Source: Squalus acanthias
Taxonomy: Eukaryota
NCBI GenBank assembly: GCA_030390025.1
Contig: CM059431.1
Location: forward strand, 155,498,001 to 155,562,000
Length of the DNA stretch: 64,000 nt
Reading direction: 5' to 3'
The number at the start of each line of letters is the position of its first letter. The stretch's first letter is position 1. Of this stretch, positions 35,975-48,519 are shown one piece after another. The position numbers were made by a program, and so were the translations under genes. The notes under the pieces were generated by a model. It ran no database searches and was not told the DNA's origin. It saw nothing but the letters and a program-made list of their open reading frames with translations.

Positions 35975-38900
35975 CGCTGCATATCCCAGGGTACTCTGAC
36001 CTTCTCAAGGCCCAATGGCCTTGGGTATTCTAATATTCGACAGCTTCATATGATTGGATACTCAGATTGTCTCATTATCCGAATAGACCAGGATACACTG
36101 ACGGACTATAGATCCAATAGCCCAGGATACTCTGACCCTCTATTTGACTATAGCCCAGGTTAATTTAACCCTCTGCAAAGCGCAGTAGCCTTGGTTAATT
36201 TGACCCTCTGCATAGCCCAAAAGCTCAGAGTACTCTGACTATCTTTACAGCCCTGGGGAATCTGAATCATTATCGCACAATTGCACAGTTACTCGAACCC
36301 TCAATACCTGAGGGTACTCTGACCCTCTGAAGGACAAATAGGCCAGGATACACCGAACCTCTGTATAGCCCTAAGAACACTGACCCTCGCCAAGCCCTAA
36401 ATACGATGGTATGCTGTCTATCTAAAGGCCCAGTTGCCCAGTATACTCTGATTCTCTGTATAGCCAAGGGAACTATGACCCTCTGCAAAGCACAGAGTAC
36501 ACTGAGACTCTGTCGGTCATAACGGACAGGACACGTTCTGCATTCACAGGCCCAATACCCAGGTTAATCTGACACTCTTTATGGCCCGTGGTAATCTGGT
36601 CCTCGACCGGCCCAATAAACCTATGTATCTGACCCTCTGTATTGCCGGTTTATTCTGTCCCTCTGCATCACCCTGGGTAATCTGACACTCTGCCTGCCCA
36701 ATAGCCCATGTTCTCTGAACCTCCAAAGGGGTAATAGGACTGAATATTCTGACACCCTGTATCGCCCAACGTACTCTGACCCTGTACAGGCAATATATGC
36801 CAGGATACAGTGACGCTTGATCGGCCCAATTGCCCACAGTACTATGACACTCTACCTGCTCAATCGTCCAGGTTACACTAACACTCCACATGCTCAATGT
36901 CACAGGGTACTCTGGGCCTGTACAGACCCACTAGCCCATAATACTCTAACACACTGAAATGCCCATGGTATTCTGACAATCTGCATAGCCCAATATCCCG
37001 GGGTACTCCGATACTCTTTATAGTCCATGCTACTCTGACACTTTACACGCGCAATAGCCCAACTATTGTTTCCCACTGCCGGCTCTGTAACTCAGGGTTC
37101 TTTGACCCACTACATGCCCAAAAGACAAGGGTACACTTTACCTCTAGGGTCCAACAGGTCAGTTGCACTGACCCTCTAGAGGCCAATAGCCCTGACTAAT
37201 CTAACACTCTGTGTTAGCATGGGTACTCTGACCCTCGGCAGGCCCAATAAAGAAGGGTACATTGACCAATTATAAGCCTAATTGCCCACGGTAATCTTCC
37301 CCTCAATTTGTTTCAAAATCGCTCCGTGTGCCCTGAAGCTACGCAGGCCCGATAACTCAGGGTATTATGACCCATTATGTAGCTCAGGGTATTTGACCCT
37401 CTACAGACCCACTAACCCAAGTTACTTTATCCCTCTGAACAGCGCATCGTATTCTGACATGCGTACCCCAAATGCCTGAAGTTCTCATAACCTCTTTATA
37501 GCAGGTATTCAGCCATTATACATGTACAATAGACCAGGATACTCTGAACCTCTGAACAGCCCAGGATACTCTGAACCTCTGAACAGCCCAGGATACTCTG
37601 AAACACTGAACTGCTCAGATAATCTGACATTTTAGACGCTCAATAGCTCAGCTACTCTGACCCTCTGCAGGCTCCAAACTGAGGATGTTTTGACCCATTG
37701 TGGGCCCAATCGCACAGGGTATTCTTACCTTTCAGAGGCCCAATAGCCCAGGATACTCTGAAACTCTGAATAGCCCAGGATACTCTGAACCTCTGAACAG
37801 CTCAGGTAATCTGACATTTTAGACGCTCAATAGCTCAGCTACTCTGACCCTCTGCAGGCTCCAAACTGAGGATGTTTTGACCCATTGTGGGCCCAATCGC
37901 ACAGGGTATTCTTACCTTTCAGAGGCCCAATAGCCCAGGATACTCTGAAACTCTGAATAGCCCAGGATACTCTGGACCACTGAATAGCCCAGGATACCCT
38001 GCCTCTCCGAATAGACCACAGGATACTGACTCTCTGCAGGCCCAATAGACCAGGGCAATGTGTCCTTTTCGAGGCCTAATAGCCCAGGTTACACTGACCA
38101 GCTGCACAGCCCAGGTTAATCTGGTCCTCCCAATATCGCAGTTTACTCTGACCAGCTGCAGAGTCCATGTTACGCTGAGCTTCTGAATTACCCTGGTTAA
38201 TCTGACCCTCTGCATGCACGATGAACTAGGTACTCTTACCCTCTACAGGCTTCATAGCCCAGGGTAATCTGGCACTCTGTGTAGCCCAGGGTACTCTGAC
38301 ACCCTCTGTAGTCTAGGATGCTATTACACTCTGTGTAGTCCAGGATTCTCTGACACTTTGTGTAACCTAGGGTATTCTGACGCTGTTTGTAGTCCAGTTC
38401 ATTCTGACGCTCTATCGTCCGATAATTTCACGGTGCAATTACCCTTTATAGCCTAAATTACCCAGCGCACACTTACCCTCTACCTGCTCAATCGCCCTGG
38501 TTACCCTGAGACACCACATTTCCACTATCTCAGGGTACACTGATCTTTAACAGACCCATTAGCCCAGGGTACTCTCACACTCTGAACAGCCCATGCGTTT
38601 CTGGCACTACATACCTCAAGAGCGCGAGGTATTCTGAAACTCATTCAAGCCCAGTTTACTCTGACACGTTATACGTCCAACAGCTCAACTACTCTGACCC
38701 TCTGCAGGCACTATAGATCAGGATACTCTGTACATCTAAAAGCCCAATATCGCAGGGTACTCCTAACCTCCAGTGGCCCAAGTGCTCAGGATATTCTGAA
38801 CCTCTGAATAGCCCTGGATACTCTGTCTCTCTCGATATCCCAAGGGACACTGACACTCTGCAGGCCCAATAGCCCAGGATACGCTGTACCTGCAAGCCCA

Positions 38901-40612
38901 AAAGCACAATATACTCTTATCCTCTGCAAAACCCAGGGCATCCTGACCCACAGGTTCCTCTGACACGATAGAGACGTAATAGCCCAGGGGACACAGACCC
39001 CCCCGCAGCCTCAATATCTCAGGGTACACTGAACAGATAGAGGCCGAATGGACCAGGCTACTATGAGCCCTACAGTCCCATTAGCCATGCGGACTCAGAT
39101 CCAACAGAATTCCAGTAGTCCAGGCTACACTTACCCTCTAACGTCACATTCGCCCGGAGAAATCTGGCAATCTGTATATGACAGGGTAGTCTGACACTAT
39201 TTAGGCACAAAATTACCGGGTACATGGACACTCTTCCGTCTCAATGTCCCAAGGCAATCTGGCCCATGACAGCCAATAGCACTCACAACCACTACAGGTC
39301 CAATAGTTCAAGGGCAATCTCCCCCTCTGCGTAGCAGAGCGTACAGTCAGCCTCTACAGGCCCAATAGTCTTAAATTATTCTGACGCTCTGCACGCGCAA
39401 TAGCTCAGGCTAAACTAGCCCGCTGCATACCCAATATCCTCATTACTCTGACCTTTTGCATAGCCCAGTGTCCTCTGACCATCTACCGGCCCAATTTCTC
39501 AGGGTCTCTGACAACCTCCGGGGCCAATAGCCCAGAAACATTGACCCTCTCTTTTGCCAAAGCTACTCTAACCGTCTACACGCGCAATAGCCCAGAGTAT
39601 CCAATCCCCTATATAGCCGATTGTAATCTGACCATACACATTCCCAATAACCCAGGTTACACAGAAACTCTTCAGTCCAAAACGCCCAGGAGAATCTGAC
39701 GTCAGGCCCAATAGCCCAGGGTAATCTGTGCCTTTATATACCCCGGTAAACTCTGGTGCTTTAAGACCCAATATACCTGGGTACGCTGACAGACCTAATA
39801 GTCCAGGGTACTCTACCGCTCTATCGGCGATATATCACAGCGTATGATGACCACGTACATGCCCAATAGCCTGGCGTGTGCTGACCCTCTACAGGCCCAT
39901 TTACTCAGGGAACACTGACCCTCGACATAGCCCAGAGTAATCTGACACTACATAGTCCAGGACACTCAAAACATCTACATACACAATAGCCCGTAGCCCA
40001 ACGTACTCTAGCCCTCTACAGGCACAATAAATCAGCGAACTGTGGTCCTTTGCATATTCCAAGTTACTTGAATCCTCTAAATAGCCCGTATTCGCTGTCA
40101 CTCTAAAGACCCTATATAGCTCATGATATTCTGACCCTCTGTAGGTCCAATAGTGCAGGTTACTCTGAACCTATGTATTGCCCAAGGTAATCTGACCATT
40201 TCCAGGCTAATTAGCCCACGGTACGCTAAACCTCTTTACAACCAAGGGTACTCTGAACATCGACAGGCCCATTTGCTCAGGGTACTTTGATCCTCTGCAG
40301 GCCGAGTAGCCCAGGGTACACTCAGGTTCTGTGCATCCCCAGTTACTTTGACCTTCCGCAGGCCCAATATTGCAGAACGTCTGATTCTCCAAGTAGCCTA
40401 AGGTACTTTGACCTTTTCAAGGCCGAGTAGCCCAGGGTACTCTGAATATCTGCCTAGCCCAGGATACTCTGACCCTCTACAGGCCCAATAGCCCAGGGTC
40501 CTCTGATCCTCCGCTTACTCAGTATTCTCTGAAACTCCAGAAGACCAACAGCCCAGGATACTATATCCCGCTGCTTACCTTAGGATACTGTGAACCTCTA
40601 CAGGTCCAATTC
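35975..40612. repeat. Degenerate satellite/minisatellite of mixed ~25-bp and ~33-34-bp units
   Basis: Recurrent 'actctgaccctct(gcaggcccaa)tagcccagg(g/a)t' throughout. Near-perfect ~187-bp higher-order duplication starting at 37621 and 37808. Confidence 0.92.
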
Positions 40613-40959
40613 AATGTTATCCTTGACGTTGCACTGTACAGATTTGGAGCTGATTAGAAAATACCTTGATATTGCTTCTAATCTACAACTGCTTCGCTAG
40701 GAAGGCTCGAGTGATTCTCGCCTTAAAACCGATCTATGATCAATAAAACGGTCTATGCTGATTTTGATGCTCTCTTATGGATATTAGGCCATTATTTTTG
40801 TTTTTATGTTAATATTTGGAACCTTTATAATATTTGAAACTGCATTGGAAATATCCTCAACACATTTTCTTTCAAACTGTGCATCCACATCCAAACGAGT
40901 AAGTACAATAACCAGATATTATTTGTCAGAAAATCTGGAGAATTAAATTCAAATGCATA

Positions 40960-41570
40960 GCATTTACAGCACAATAACAGGCCATATTGTCCCAACTGGT
41001 TTATGCCGGAGTTTATGATCCATCAGAGTCTTCTCCCCACCTATTTCAACTAAACCATACAGCATATAATTTTATTAATTTCTCCCTCATACACTTATCT
41101 AGCTCCCCCTTAAATGCATTTATGCCATTAACCTCAACTACTCCATGTGATAGTGAGTTCCACATTCAACGACTCTCTGGATAAAGAAATGTGTCCTGAA
41201 TTTCCTATTGGATATAATAGTGACTCTTATATTATTGAACCCCAGCTTTGGACACCCGAACATGTTTAAATATTTTCTCCACATCTACTCTGATCAAATC
41301 CCTCCATAATTTTAAGGACCCCTTTTAGGACACCTCTCTGCTTTCCCCTTTCTTGATAAAAGAACCACTGCGTGTTCAATCTTTCGTGATAGTTATAATC
41401 TCTCAGTTCTAGCATCAATCTGGCAAATATTTTTTCCACCTTCACCAGCGATTCTCTATCCGTTAAATTAGGTTCTATATAAGTTTATCATAACTTCTAT
41501 CCTCGTGAATTCTAATCGTATATAAATGAACACGAGTGATCTATTTTCAGTTTTTGTGGCCTGTTCACTT
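40960..41570 (-). mobile_element. Old CR1 3' fragment
   Basis: Degenerate RT C-terminus and tail. Confidence 0.7.
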
Positions 41571-41577
41571 GCGTTGC

Positions 41578-42192
41578 AAACAGAAAATGCTGGTTATACT
41601 CAGCAGGTCAGGCAGAATCAGTAGAGAGAGAAACAGAGTTAACGTATGGTAGGTTGCAACGTCAGAGCAGATGAGGCGGTGACAGAGAAACTGGGAGAAT
41701 GGAATAGAGTAGTTACAGGAAGCTGGTGGGAGGAAGTGCAGTCCAGGTAGCTGTGGGAGTCAGTGGGCTTATAGTGAATGCTTGTCAATCGCCATTTTTC
41801 CAATGAAGCTCAACGTAAGCTCGAGGAACAGCACCTCATCTTTCGATTAGGCACTTTACAGCCTTCTGGACTCAACATCGAGTTCAACAATTTCAGACCA
41901 TAAGCTCTGCCTCTATTTATTTTCACATGACTGCTGTTGATGATTCTGCCACTGCCATTTATCTGGAGTCATCTTTTGTTTCTTAACTTGTACCATTACC
42001 ATCTCCTTTTGCCTTGCAGCATCATCCCTTTTGTCTCTTAATCTCTCCTGCCTTCCACCCTCTCACAGACCTTCCCTTTTGTTCTTTCCTCTCCTCGCCC
42101 CACTCCCAACCCTTACACTTGCTAAAAAACCTTTGACATCTCTAACTTTTTCCAGTTCTGACAAAGGGTCTTTAACCTGAAACGTTAACTCC
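41578..42192. mobile_element. Rearranged Penelope fragment with inverted terminal-repeat pieces
   Basis: 41581-41645 matches 30228-30292, 41650-41790 matches ~31340-31480, and 41795-42190 is the reverse complement of ~30284-30690. Ends in a degenerate hammerhead core. Confidence 0.85.
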
Positions 42193-42725
42193 ATCTGATC
42201 TAGTTTCTCCAGATAACTGAAACCCATCATCCCTGGTACTATTCTAATAAATCGTATCTACATTCTCTCCAAGGCATTTACGTCCTTTCTAAGGTATGGC
42301 GCCATAATTGGACATTATGATCTAACTGAGCTCTAGAAAATGATTCATAAGGTTTTAGCATCAATTACTTGCTTTTGTAATCTATACCTCTATTTACAAA
42401 GCAAAGGACCCCTTTATTTTTTTAACAGATTGATTCACTTTCCTGCCTCCTTCAAACATTTGTGTATGCAAACCCCGAGGTCTTTATAACATAACATAAG
42501 AACATAAGAAATAGGAGCAGGAGTAGGCCAATCGGCCCCTCGAGCCTGCTCCGCCATTCAATAAGATCATGGCTGATCTGATCCTAACCGCCAATCTACT
42601 ATCTATCACAGAACCATCTCCTGCATCTAACAGAATTGCACACACGAAATAGGAGCAGAATCAGGCTACACAGTCCCTGGGCCCGCTCCACTACCCACAG
42701 GGCCATGACCGATCCGAACCTAGAC

Positions 42726-45677
42726 TCATGTCCAAATTCCTGCCCGCTCCCCGTAACCCTTAATGCCCTTTACTTCTAGGAAACTGTCTATTTCTGTTTT
42801 AAATTTAATTAATGTTGTAGCTTCTACAGCTTTTTGTGGCAGCATATTCCATGGACCTACCACCCTCTGAGTGAAGTAGTTCCTCCTCATCTCAGTTTTG
42901 AAAGAGCAGCCCCTTATTCTAAGACTATGTCCCCTAGTTCTCGTCTCACCCGTCATCGGGAACATCCTCCCCGCATCCACCCGATCCAACCCCTTCACAA
43001 TCTTATATGTTTCAATAAGATCGCCTCTCATTCTTCTGAACTCCAATGAGTAGAGTCCCAATCTACCCAACCTCTCCTCATATGACCACCCCCTCATCCC
43101 CGGGATTAACCGAGTGAACCTTTTTTGCACTGCCTCGAGAGCAAGGATGTCTTTCCTTAAGTAAGGACACCAAAACTGTATGCAGTATTCCAGGTGCGGT
43201 CTCACCAATACCTTGTACAACTGAAGCAATACCTCCCTATTTTTATATTCTATCCCCCTAGCAATGAAAGCCAACATTCCATTTGCCTTCTTAATCACTT
43301 GCTGCACCTGCATACTAACCTTTTGAGCTTCGTGCACCAGGACCCCCAGATCCCTTTGCACTTCAGTACTCTCCAGTTTCTTGCCATTAAGATAATAAAT
43401 TGCTCTAGGATTTTTCCTGCCAAAGTGCATCACCTCACACTTTCCAGTGTTGTATTCCATCTGCCAAATCTCTGCCCACTTACTTAGCCTGTCTATGTCC
43501 CCTTGCAGGTTTTTTATGTCCTCCTCACTCACTACTTTCCCTCCCATCTTTGTATCATCTGCAAATTTTGATATGTTACACTTGGTCCCTTCCTCCAAAT
43601 CGTTAATATAGATTGTGAAGAGTTGGGGACCCAGCACTGACCCCTGTGGAACACCACTAGTTACTGATTGCCAGTCTGAGAATGAACCATTTATCCCAAC
43701 TCTTTGCTTTCTGTTAGATAGCCAATCCTCTATCCATGCCAGAATATTACCCCCAATCCCGTGATTTTTTACCTTAAGCAATAATCTTTTGTGTGGCACC
43801 TTGTCAAATGCCTTTTGGAAGTCTAAATACACTACGTCCACTGGTTCCCCTTTATCCACTCTATATGTTACTTCCTCAAAGAACTCCAGCAAATTTGTCA
43901 AACATGACTTCCCCTTCGTAAAACCATGCTGACTTTGTCCTATTAAATTATGATTATCCAAATGTCCTGTTACTGTTTCCTTAATAATGGACTCCAAAAT
44001 TTTACCTACCACAGATGTTAGGCTAACCGGTCTATAGTTACCAGCCTTCTGTCTACTGCCCTTTTTAAATAAGGGTGTTACATTAGCAGTTTTCCAGTCT
44101 GCCGGGACCTTAGCGGAATCCAGGGAGTTTTGAAAAATTATTACCAATGCATCTACAATCCCTACCGCCACTTCCTTCAAGACTCTAGGATGTAAGCCAT
44201 CAGGTCCAGGTGATTTATCCGCCTTGAGTCCCATTATTTTACCGAGTACCACTTCCTTAGTGATTTTGATCGTGTTTAGCTCCTCTCCCCCTATAGCCCC
44301 CTGTTTGTCCAGTGTTGGGATATTCTTAGTGTCCTCTACTGTAAAGACTGATACAAAATATTCATTCAGTGTTTTTGCCATCTCCATATTTCCCACCATT
44401 AATTTCCCGGTCTCATCCTCTAAGGGACCAACATTTACTTTAGCCACCCTTTTTCTTTTTATATAACTATAAAAACTCTTACTATCTGTTTTTATATTTT
44501 TTGCTAATTTACTTTCATAATCTATCTTCCCTTTCTTAATCAATCTTTTTGTTATTTTTTGCTGCCTTTTAAAGTTTTCCCAATCCTCTGTCCTCCCACT
44601 AGATTTCGCTACCTTATATGCCCTTGTTTTTAGTCGAATACTATCCTTAATTTCTTTACTTAGCCACGGATGACTGTCCTTTCTTTTACACCCTTTTCTT
44701 TTCAGTGGAATATATATTTTTTGGAAGTTGTAAAATAACTCCTTGAATGTACACCACTGATCATGTGTCGTCTTACCCTTTAATCTATTTTCCCAATCCA
44801 CTCTACTCAATTCCGCTCGCATACCTTCATAGTCTCCTTTATTCAAGCTTAGCACGCTTGTTTGAGATCCAACCTTCTCACCCTCTAATTGAATATGGAA
44901 TTCAACCATGTTATGGTCACTCATTCCAAGGGGATCCTTTACTAGGACATTTTTAATTAATCCTGTCTCGTTACACAGGACCAGATCTAAGGTTGCTTGC
45001 CCCCTGGTCGGTTCAGTTACATACTGCTCAAGAAACCCATCCCTAATACACTCAATGAACTCATCCTCAAGGCAGTCCTGCCCCATTTGATTTGTCCAAT
45101 TAATATGATAGTTAAAATCCCCCATAATTATAGATGTTCCCTTATTACATGCCTCAACTATTTCCTGATTGATACTCCGTCCAATAGAGTTGCAACTGTT
45201 CGGAGGCCTATAGACTACGCCCACTAATGTTTTTTTCCCCTTATTATTCCTTATCTCCACCCAAACTGTTTCATTATCATGATTTTTTGACCCAATATCA
45301 TTACTCTGTATTACAGTGATTCCTTCCTTTATTAACATAGCCACCCCACCTCCCCTTCCTTCCTGCCTGTCCTTCCTGATCGTTAAATAACCTGGTATGT
45401 TTAATTCCCAGGCATTGTCACCCTGCAGCCATGTTTCTGTAATGGCCACAATATCATAACCATATGTAGTTATTTGTGCCATTAACTCGTCTATTTTGTT
45501 ACGAATGCTACGTGCATTCAGATAGAGAACTTTCAAATATGCTTTGTGGCACTTAGTTCCTGCTTTTTCACTTTTTACCAGTTTACCTTTTACTCCACAC
45601 ACTCTGTCCCTTCCTGCCACGCTCTGATTTGTGATTCCCCTACTGCTACCTATGTCTATGACCCTCTCTGTTGTCAT
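42726..45677 (-). CDS. CR1 ORF2: APE endonuclease plus reverse transcriptase (983 aa)
   Basis: YLNARS, ITETWL, MGDFN, SDH, PQGSVLGP, FADD; no stops. Confidence 0.97.
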   Translation of the reverse strand: MTTERVIDIGSSRGITNQSVAGRDRVCGVKGKLVKSEKAGTKCHKAYLKVLYLNARSIRNKIDELMAQITTYGYDIVAITETWLQGDNAWELNIPGYLTIRKDRQEGRGGGVAMLIKEGITVIQSNDIGSKNHDNETVWVEIRNNKGKKTLVGVVYRPPNSCNSIGRSINQEIVEACNKGTSIIMGDFNYHINWTNQMGQDCLEDEFIECIRDGFLEQYVTEPTRGQATLDLVLCNETGLIKNVLVKDPLGMSDHNMVEFHIQLEGEKVGSQTSVLSLNKGDYEGMRAELSRVDWENRLKGKTTHDQWCTFKELFYNFQKIYIPLKRKGCKRKDSHPWLSKEIKDSIRLKTRAYKVAKSSGRTEDWENFKRQQKITKRLIKKGKIDYESKLAKNIKTDSKSFYSYIKRKRVAKVNVGPLEDETGKLMVGNMEMAKTLNEYFVSVFTVEDTKNIPTLDKQGAIGGEELNTIKITKEVVLGKIMGLKADKSPGPDGLHPRVLKEVAVGIVDALVIIFQNSLDSAKVPADWKTANVTPLFKKGSRQKAGNYRPVSLTSVVGKILESIIKETVTGHLDNHNLIGQSQHGFTKGKSCLTNLLEFFEEVTYRVDKGEPVDVVYLDFQKAFDKVPHKRLLLKVKNHGIGGNILAWIEDWLSNRKQRVGINGSFSDWQSVTSGVPQGSVLGPQLFTIYINDLEEGTKCNISKFADDTKMGGKVVSEEDIKNLQGDIDRLSKWAEIWQMEYNTGKCEVMHFGRKNPRAIYYLNGKKLESTEVQRDLGVLVHEAQKVSMQVQQVIKKANGMLAFIARGIEYKNREVLLQLYKVLVRPHLEYCIQFWCPYLRKDILALEAVQKRFTRLIPGMRGWSYEERLGRLGLYSLEFRRMRGDLIETYKIVKGLDRVDAGRMFPMTGETRTRGHSLRIRGCSFKTEMRRNYFTQRVVGPWNMLPQKAVEATTLIKFKTEIDSFLEVKGIKGYGERAGIWT

Positions 45678-45715
45678 TTTTATTTTTTGCTCTCTTGAAA
45701 CCTCCCCCCCACTAA

Positions 45716-46672
45716 TTAGTTTAAAGCCCTCTCCACAGCCCTAGTTATTCGATTCGCCAGGACACTAGTCCCAGCACTGGCCAAGTGAAGTCCGTCCCAA
45801 CGGAACAGCTCTCTCCTGCCCCAGTACTGGTGCCAGTGTCCCAAGAAGCAAAACCCATTTTTCCCACACCAGTCTTTGAGCCACGCATTCAACTCCCTGA
45901 TTTTATTTACCCAAGCCAAATTTGCTCGTGGCTCAGGTAGTAATCCAGAGATTATTACCCTCGAGGTTCTGCTTTTTAATTTGGCCCCTAGCTGCTCAAA
46001 CTCCCTCAGCAGAACCTCTTTCCTTGTCCTATCTATGTCATTGGTACCAACATGGACCACGACAACTGGATCCTCCCCCTCCCACTCCAAGTTTCTCTCC
46101 AGCCCAGAGGAGATGTCCTTAACCCTGGCACCGGGCAGGCAACACAGCCTTCGGGACTCTCGCTCTTGGCTGCAAAGAACCCTATCTATCCCCCTAATGA
46201 TACTATCCCCTACCACTACAACATTTCTTTTTACTCCCCCCACTTGAATGGCCCCCCTTACCACGGTGCTGTGGCCAGGTTGCTCATCCTCCCTGCAGTC
46301 CCCGCTCCTATCCACACAGGGAGTAAGAGCCTCGAACCTGTTGGACAAGAGCAAGGGCTGCGGCTCCTCCAACACTACCTCCTGGATCCCTGTACCTGCC
46401 TCACTCGTAGTCACACCTTCCTGTCCCTGACCACGGGCTACTTCTGAATTAGTTACTCTAATTGGTGTGACTACCTCCTGAAACACGGAGTCCAGGTAAC
46501 TCTCCCCCTCCCTGATGTGTCGCAGTGTTTGAAGCTCGGACTCCAGCTCATCAACACGGAGCCGGAGTTCCTCGAGCAGCCAACACTTACTGCAAATGTG
46601 TTCACCGTGAACATCAATGGTGTCCACCAGCTCCCACATATTGCAGCAGTAACACATCACCTGCTCTCCCAT
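45716..46672 (-). CDS. CR1 ORF1: zinc finger/leucine zipper plus SGNH esterase (318 aa)
   Basis: CYCC...CSKC, heptad leucines, GDS, GTND, DGLH. Confidence 0.96.
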   Translation of the reverse strand: MGEQVMCYCCNMWELVDTIDVHGEHICSKCWLLEELRLRVDELESELQTLRHIREGESYLDSVFQEVVTPIRVTNSEVARGQGQEGVTTSEAGTGIQEVVLEEPQPLLLSNRFEALTPCVDRSGDCREDEQPGHSTVVRGAIQVGGVKRNVVVVGDSIIRGIDRVLCSQERESRRLCCLPGARVKDISSGLERNLEWEGEDPVVVVHVGTNDIDRTRKEVLLREFEQLGAKLKSRTSRVIISGLLPEPRANLAWVNKIRELNAWLKDWCGKNGFCFLGHWHQYWGRRELFRWDGLHLASAGTSVLANRITRAVERALN

Positions 46673-46882
46673 TCTATGTAATTAATTAAAAATGTATTAT
46701 TTACCCTTCAGTTAATTTATGCCAGCAGTCTCTGCTACACCACAGATACCCGAGAAACAATAAAATTGAAGTTTTGTATATAAAAAAAAGAGAAATACTC
46801 ACCAACCAATCACTTACCTGCTTTCTGGTGACGTCACACTTCGATTATTTTTTACCTCTCTCCTGCTCTCGGCTTGGTGAAA

Positions 46883-47182
46883 GCCTACCTGGTCGCTGCC
46901 GCCTTTTACCGCCGCCGCCTCGCCGCTGTTGCTCCACCCAGGTCCGCCGCCTCTGTGGGCCTACCTGGTCGCTGCCGCCTTTTACCGCCGCCGCCTCGCC
47001 GCTGTTGCTCCACCCAGGTCCGCCGCCTCTGTGGGCCTACCTGGTCGCTGCCGCCTTTTACCGCCGCCGCCTCGCCGCTGTTGCTCCACCCAGGTCCGCC
47101 GCCTCTGTGGGCCTACCTGGTCGCTGCCGCCTTTTACCGCCGCCGCCTCGCCGCTGTTGCTCCACCCAGGTCCGCCGCCTCT
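46883..47182. repeat. Four identical 76-bp GC-rich monomers at the CR1 5' end (last one 4 nt short)
   Basis: Unit starts at 46883, 46959, 47035 and 47111. Confidence 0.97.
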
Positions 47183-47627
47183 TTCTTTTCTGCAACCACT
47201 TTAAAATTGTACAATTTAGTTTATACTGCCATTGATCATTTTCCTTCCAAAATGCATCACGTCGCACTTCTCTGCATTATCTTTCATTTGTCATATGTCT
47301 GCCCATTTCACCAGTCTGTGTATGTCGACATGAAGTTTGCTTCTATAATTCTCAATGTTTGCTACATTTCCAAACGTTCTGCTTGCTGCAAACTTTGAAA
47401 TTTTGCCTCTATACCTAAGTACAGGTCATTAATATTTATCGAAAAGAGCAGTGGTCCTAATAACGACCAGTGAGAGACACAATTGCATACTTACCCCAGT
47501 CCGGGAAACAACCGTTCACGATAAAACTCTATTAGACAATTTCGTGTCGACGCTGTCAGTGCCCCTTTAATCCCAGGGGCTTCAAGTTTGCTATCAAGTA
47601 ATTTATGACTTCAGTGTGACCGTACTT

Positions 47628-48110
47628 TTAGTGACCCTGCTCAAACATTACTGGTGGTGATTCTATCCTAACATTACTGATGGTGACTCTAGTCTAACTT
47701 TACTGATTGGGATCCCACTATAAAATTATTGATGGTGAATCTATTCTAACAAACTTGGAGGTGACTTTAATTTAACATTACTGATGATTCTGCCTGGCTG
47801 TTGAGTATTTGGATCATTCTTTGTTTTATTTCATGTTCCACACCTGCAATATTTTGTTTTTCATTACAGGTGATGATTCTACTCAAACTTTCTGGTGGTG
47901 ACCCTAATCTAACATTACTGGTGGTTACCATACCCTATAATTACTGGTGACGACCCTATTCTGACGTTACTGTTGATGACTGTAGCTTAACAGTATTTTT
48001 TGGTAGTGCCTCAACTCAAATTAATGGTGGTGACTCCACATTAACCCTACTTGTGATGACCTTAATTTAACATTACTGGTGGTGACTGTTAATGGCTACA
48101 GTGTTACTGG
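47628..48110. repeat. Degenerate ~26-bp minisatellite (aacattactggtggtgactctattct-like)
   Basis: Repeated 'aacattactg(g/a)tggtga', interrupted by a short Penelope-tail-like piece at ~47790-47860. Confidence 0.8.
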
Positions 48111-48519
48111 TCAGAATTGTAACGGAACCTGCTGGGACCGAAAACAACGGGTGTGTCAGAGGAAAGTGACCTTCCGCTATATCACCCAGACAGCAGCTGA
48201 CGGGTCTACTCGGGGAATTAATGGTGTGGAAAAACATTTATTAGTTTGAATTCGCTATTTTCACAATTTCTACTTTATAATACATTTTCCGTGAACCGTT
48301 CAAAGTGTTTAAATAAAAAAAAATTCAAAGATGACAAGCGGGCGAGTGTGTAAAACACAAAAGACGGGATATGTATAATCCTTTCTATTTTCGCTTTTTC
48401 CCAATTCTGTTCCATTCTTCAATTTTATAATCTTTCTCTCTTTTTCATCACCCCGTCGCTCTCAGTCTCTTTCTGTATATCTCTCTCAGTCTATTTCTGT
48501 ATCTCGATCTTTATACAAT

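Larger units (their letters stand above)
42486..47182 (-). mobile_element. Apparently intact CR1 LINE inserted in an older CR1
   Basis: Two uninterrupted ORFs, (TTCTTATG)n-type tail and GC-rich 5' UTR. Older CR1 continues on both flanks (42195-42485, 47185-47610). Possible 'tcttt' TSD. Confidence 0.97.

Noticed and set aside
36270..40392. Short minus-strand ORFs with repetitive peptides
   Set aside because: Translations of the degenerate satellite, with frequent stops in all frames.
46883..47182. CRISPR-like array
   Set aside because: Head-to-tail repeats with no spacers, no cas genes, vertebrate context.
46774..47398. Ala/Arg/Pro-rich ORFs of 69-174 aa
   Set aside because: Artefacts of the 76-bp tandem repeat.
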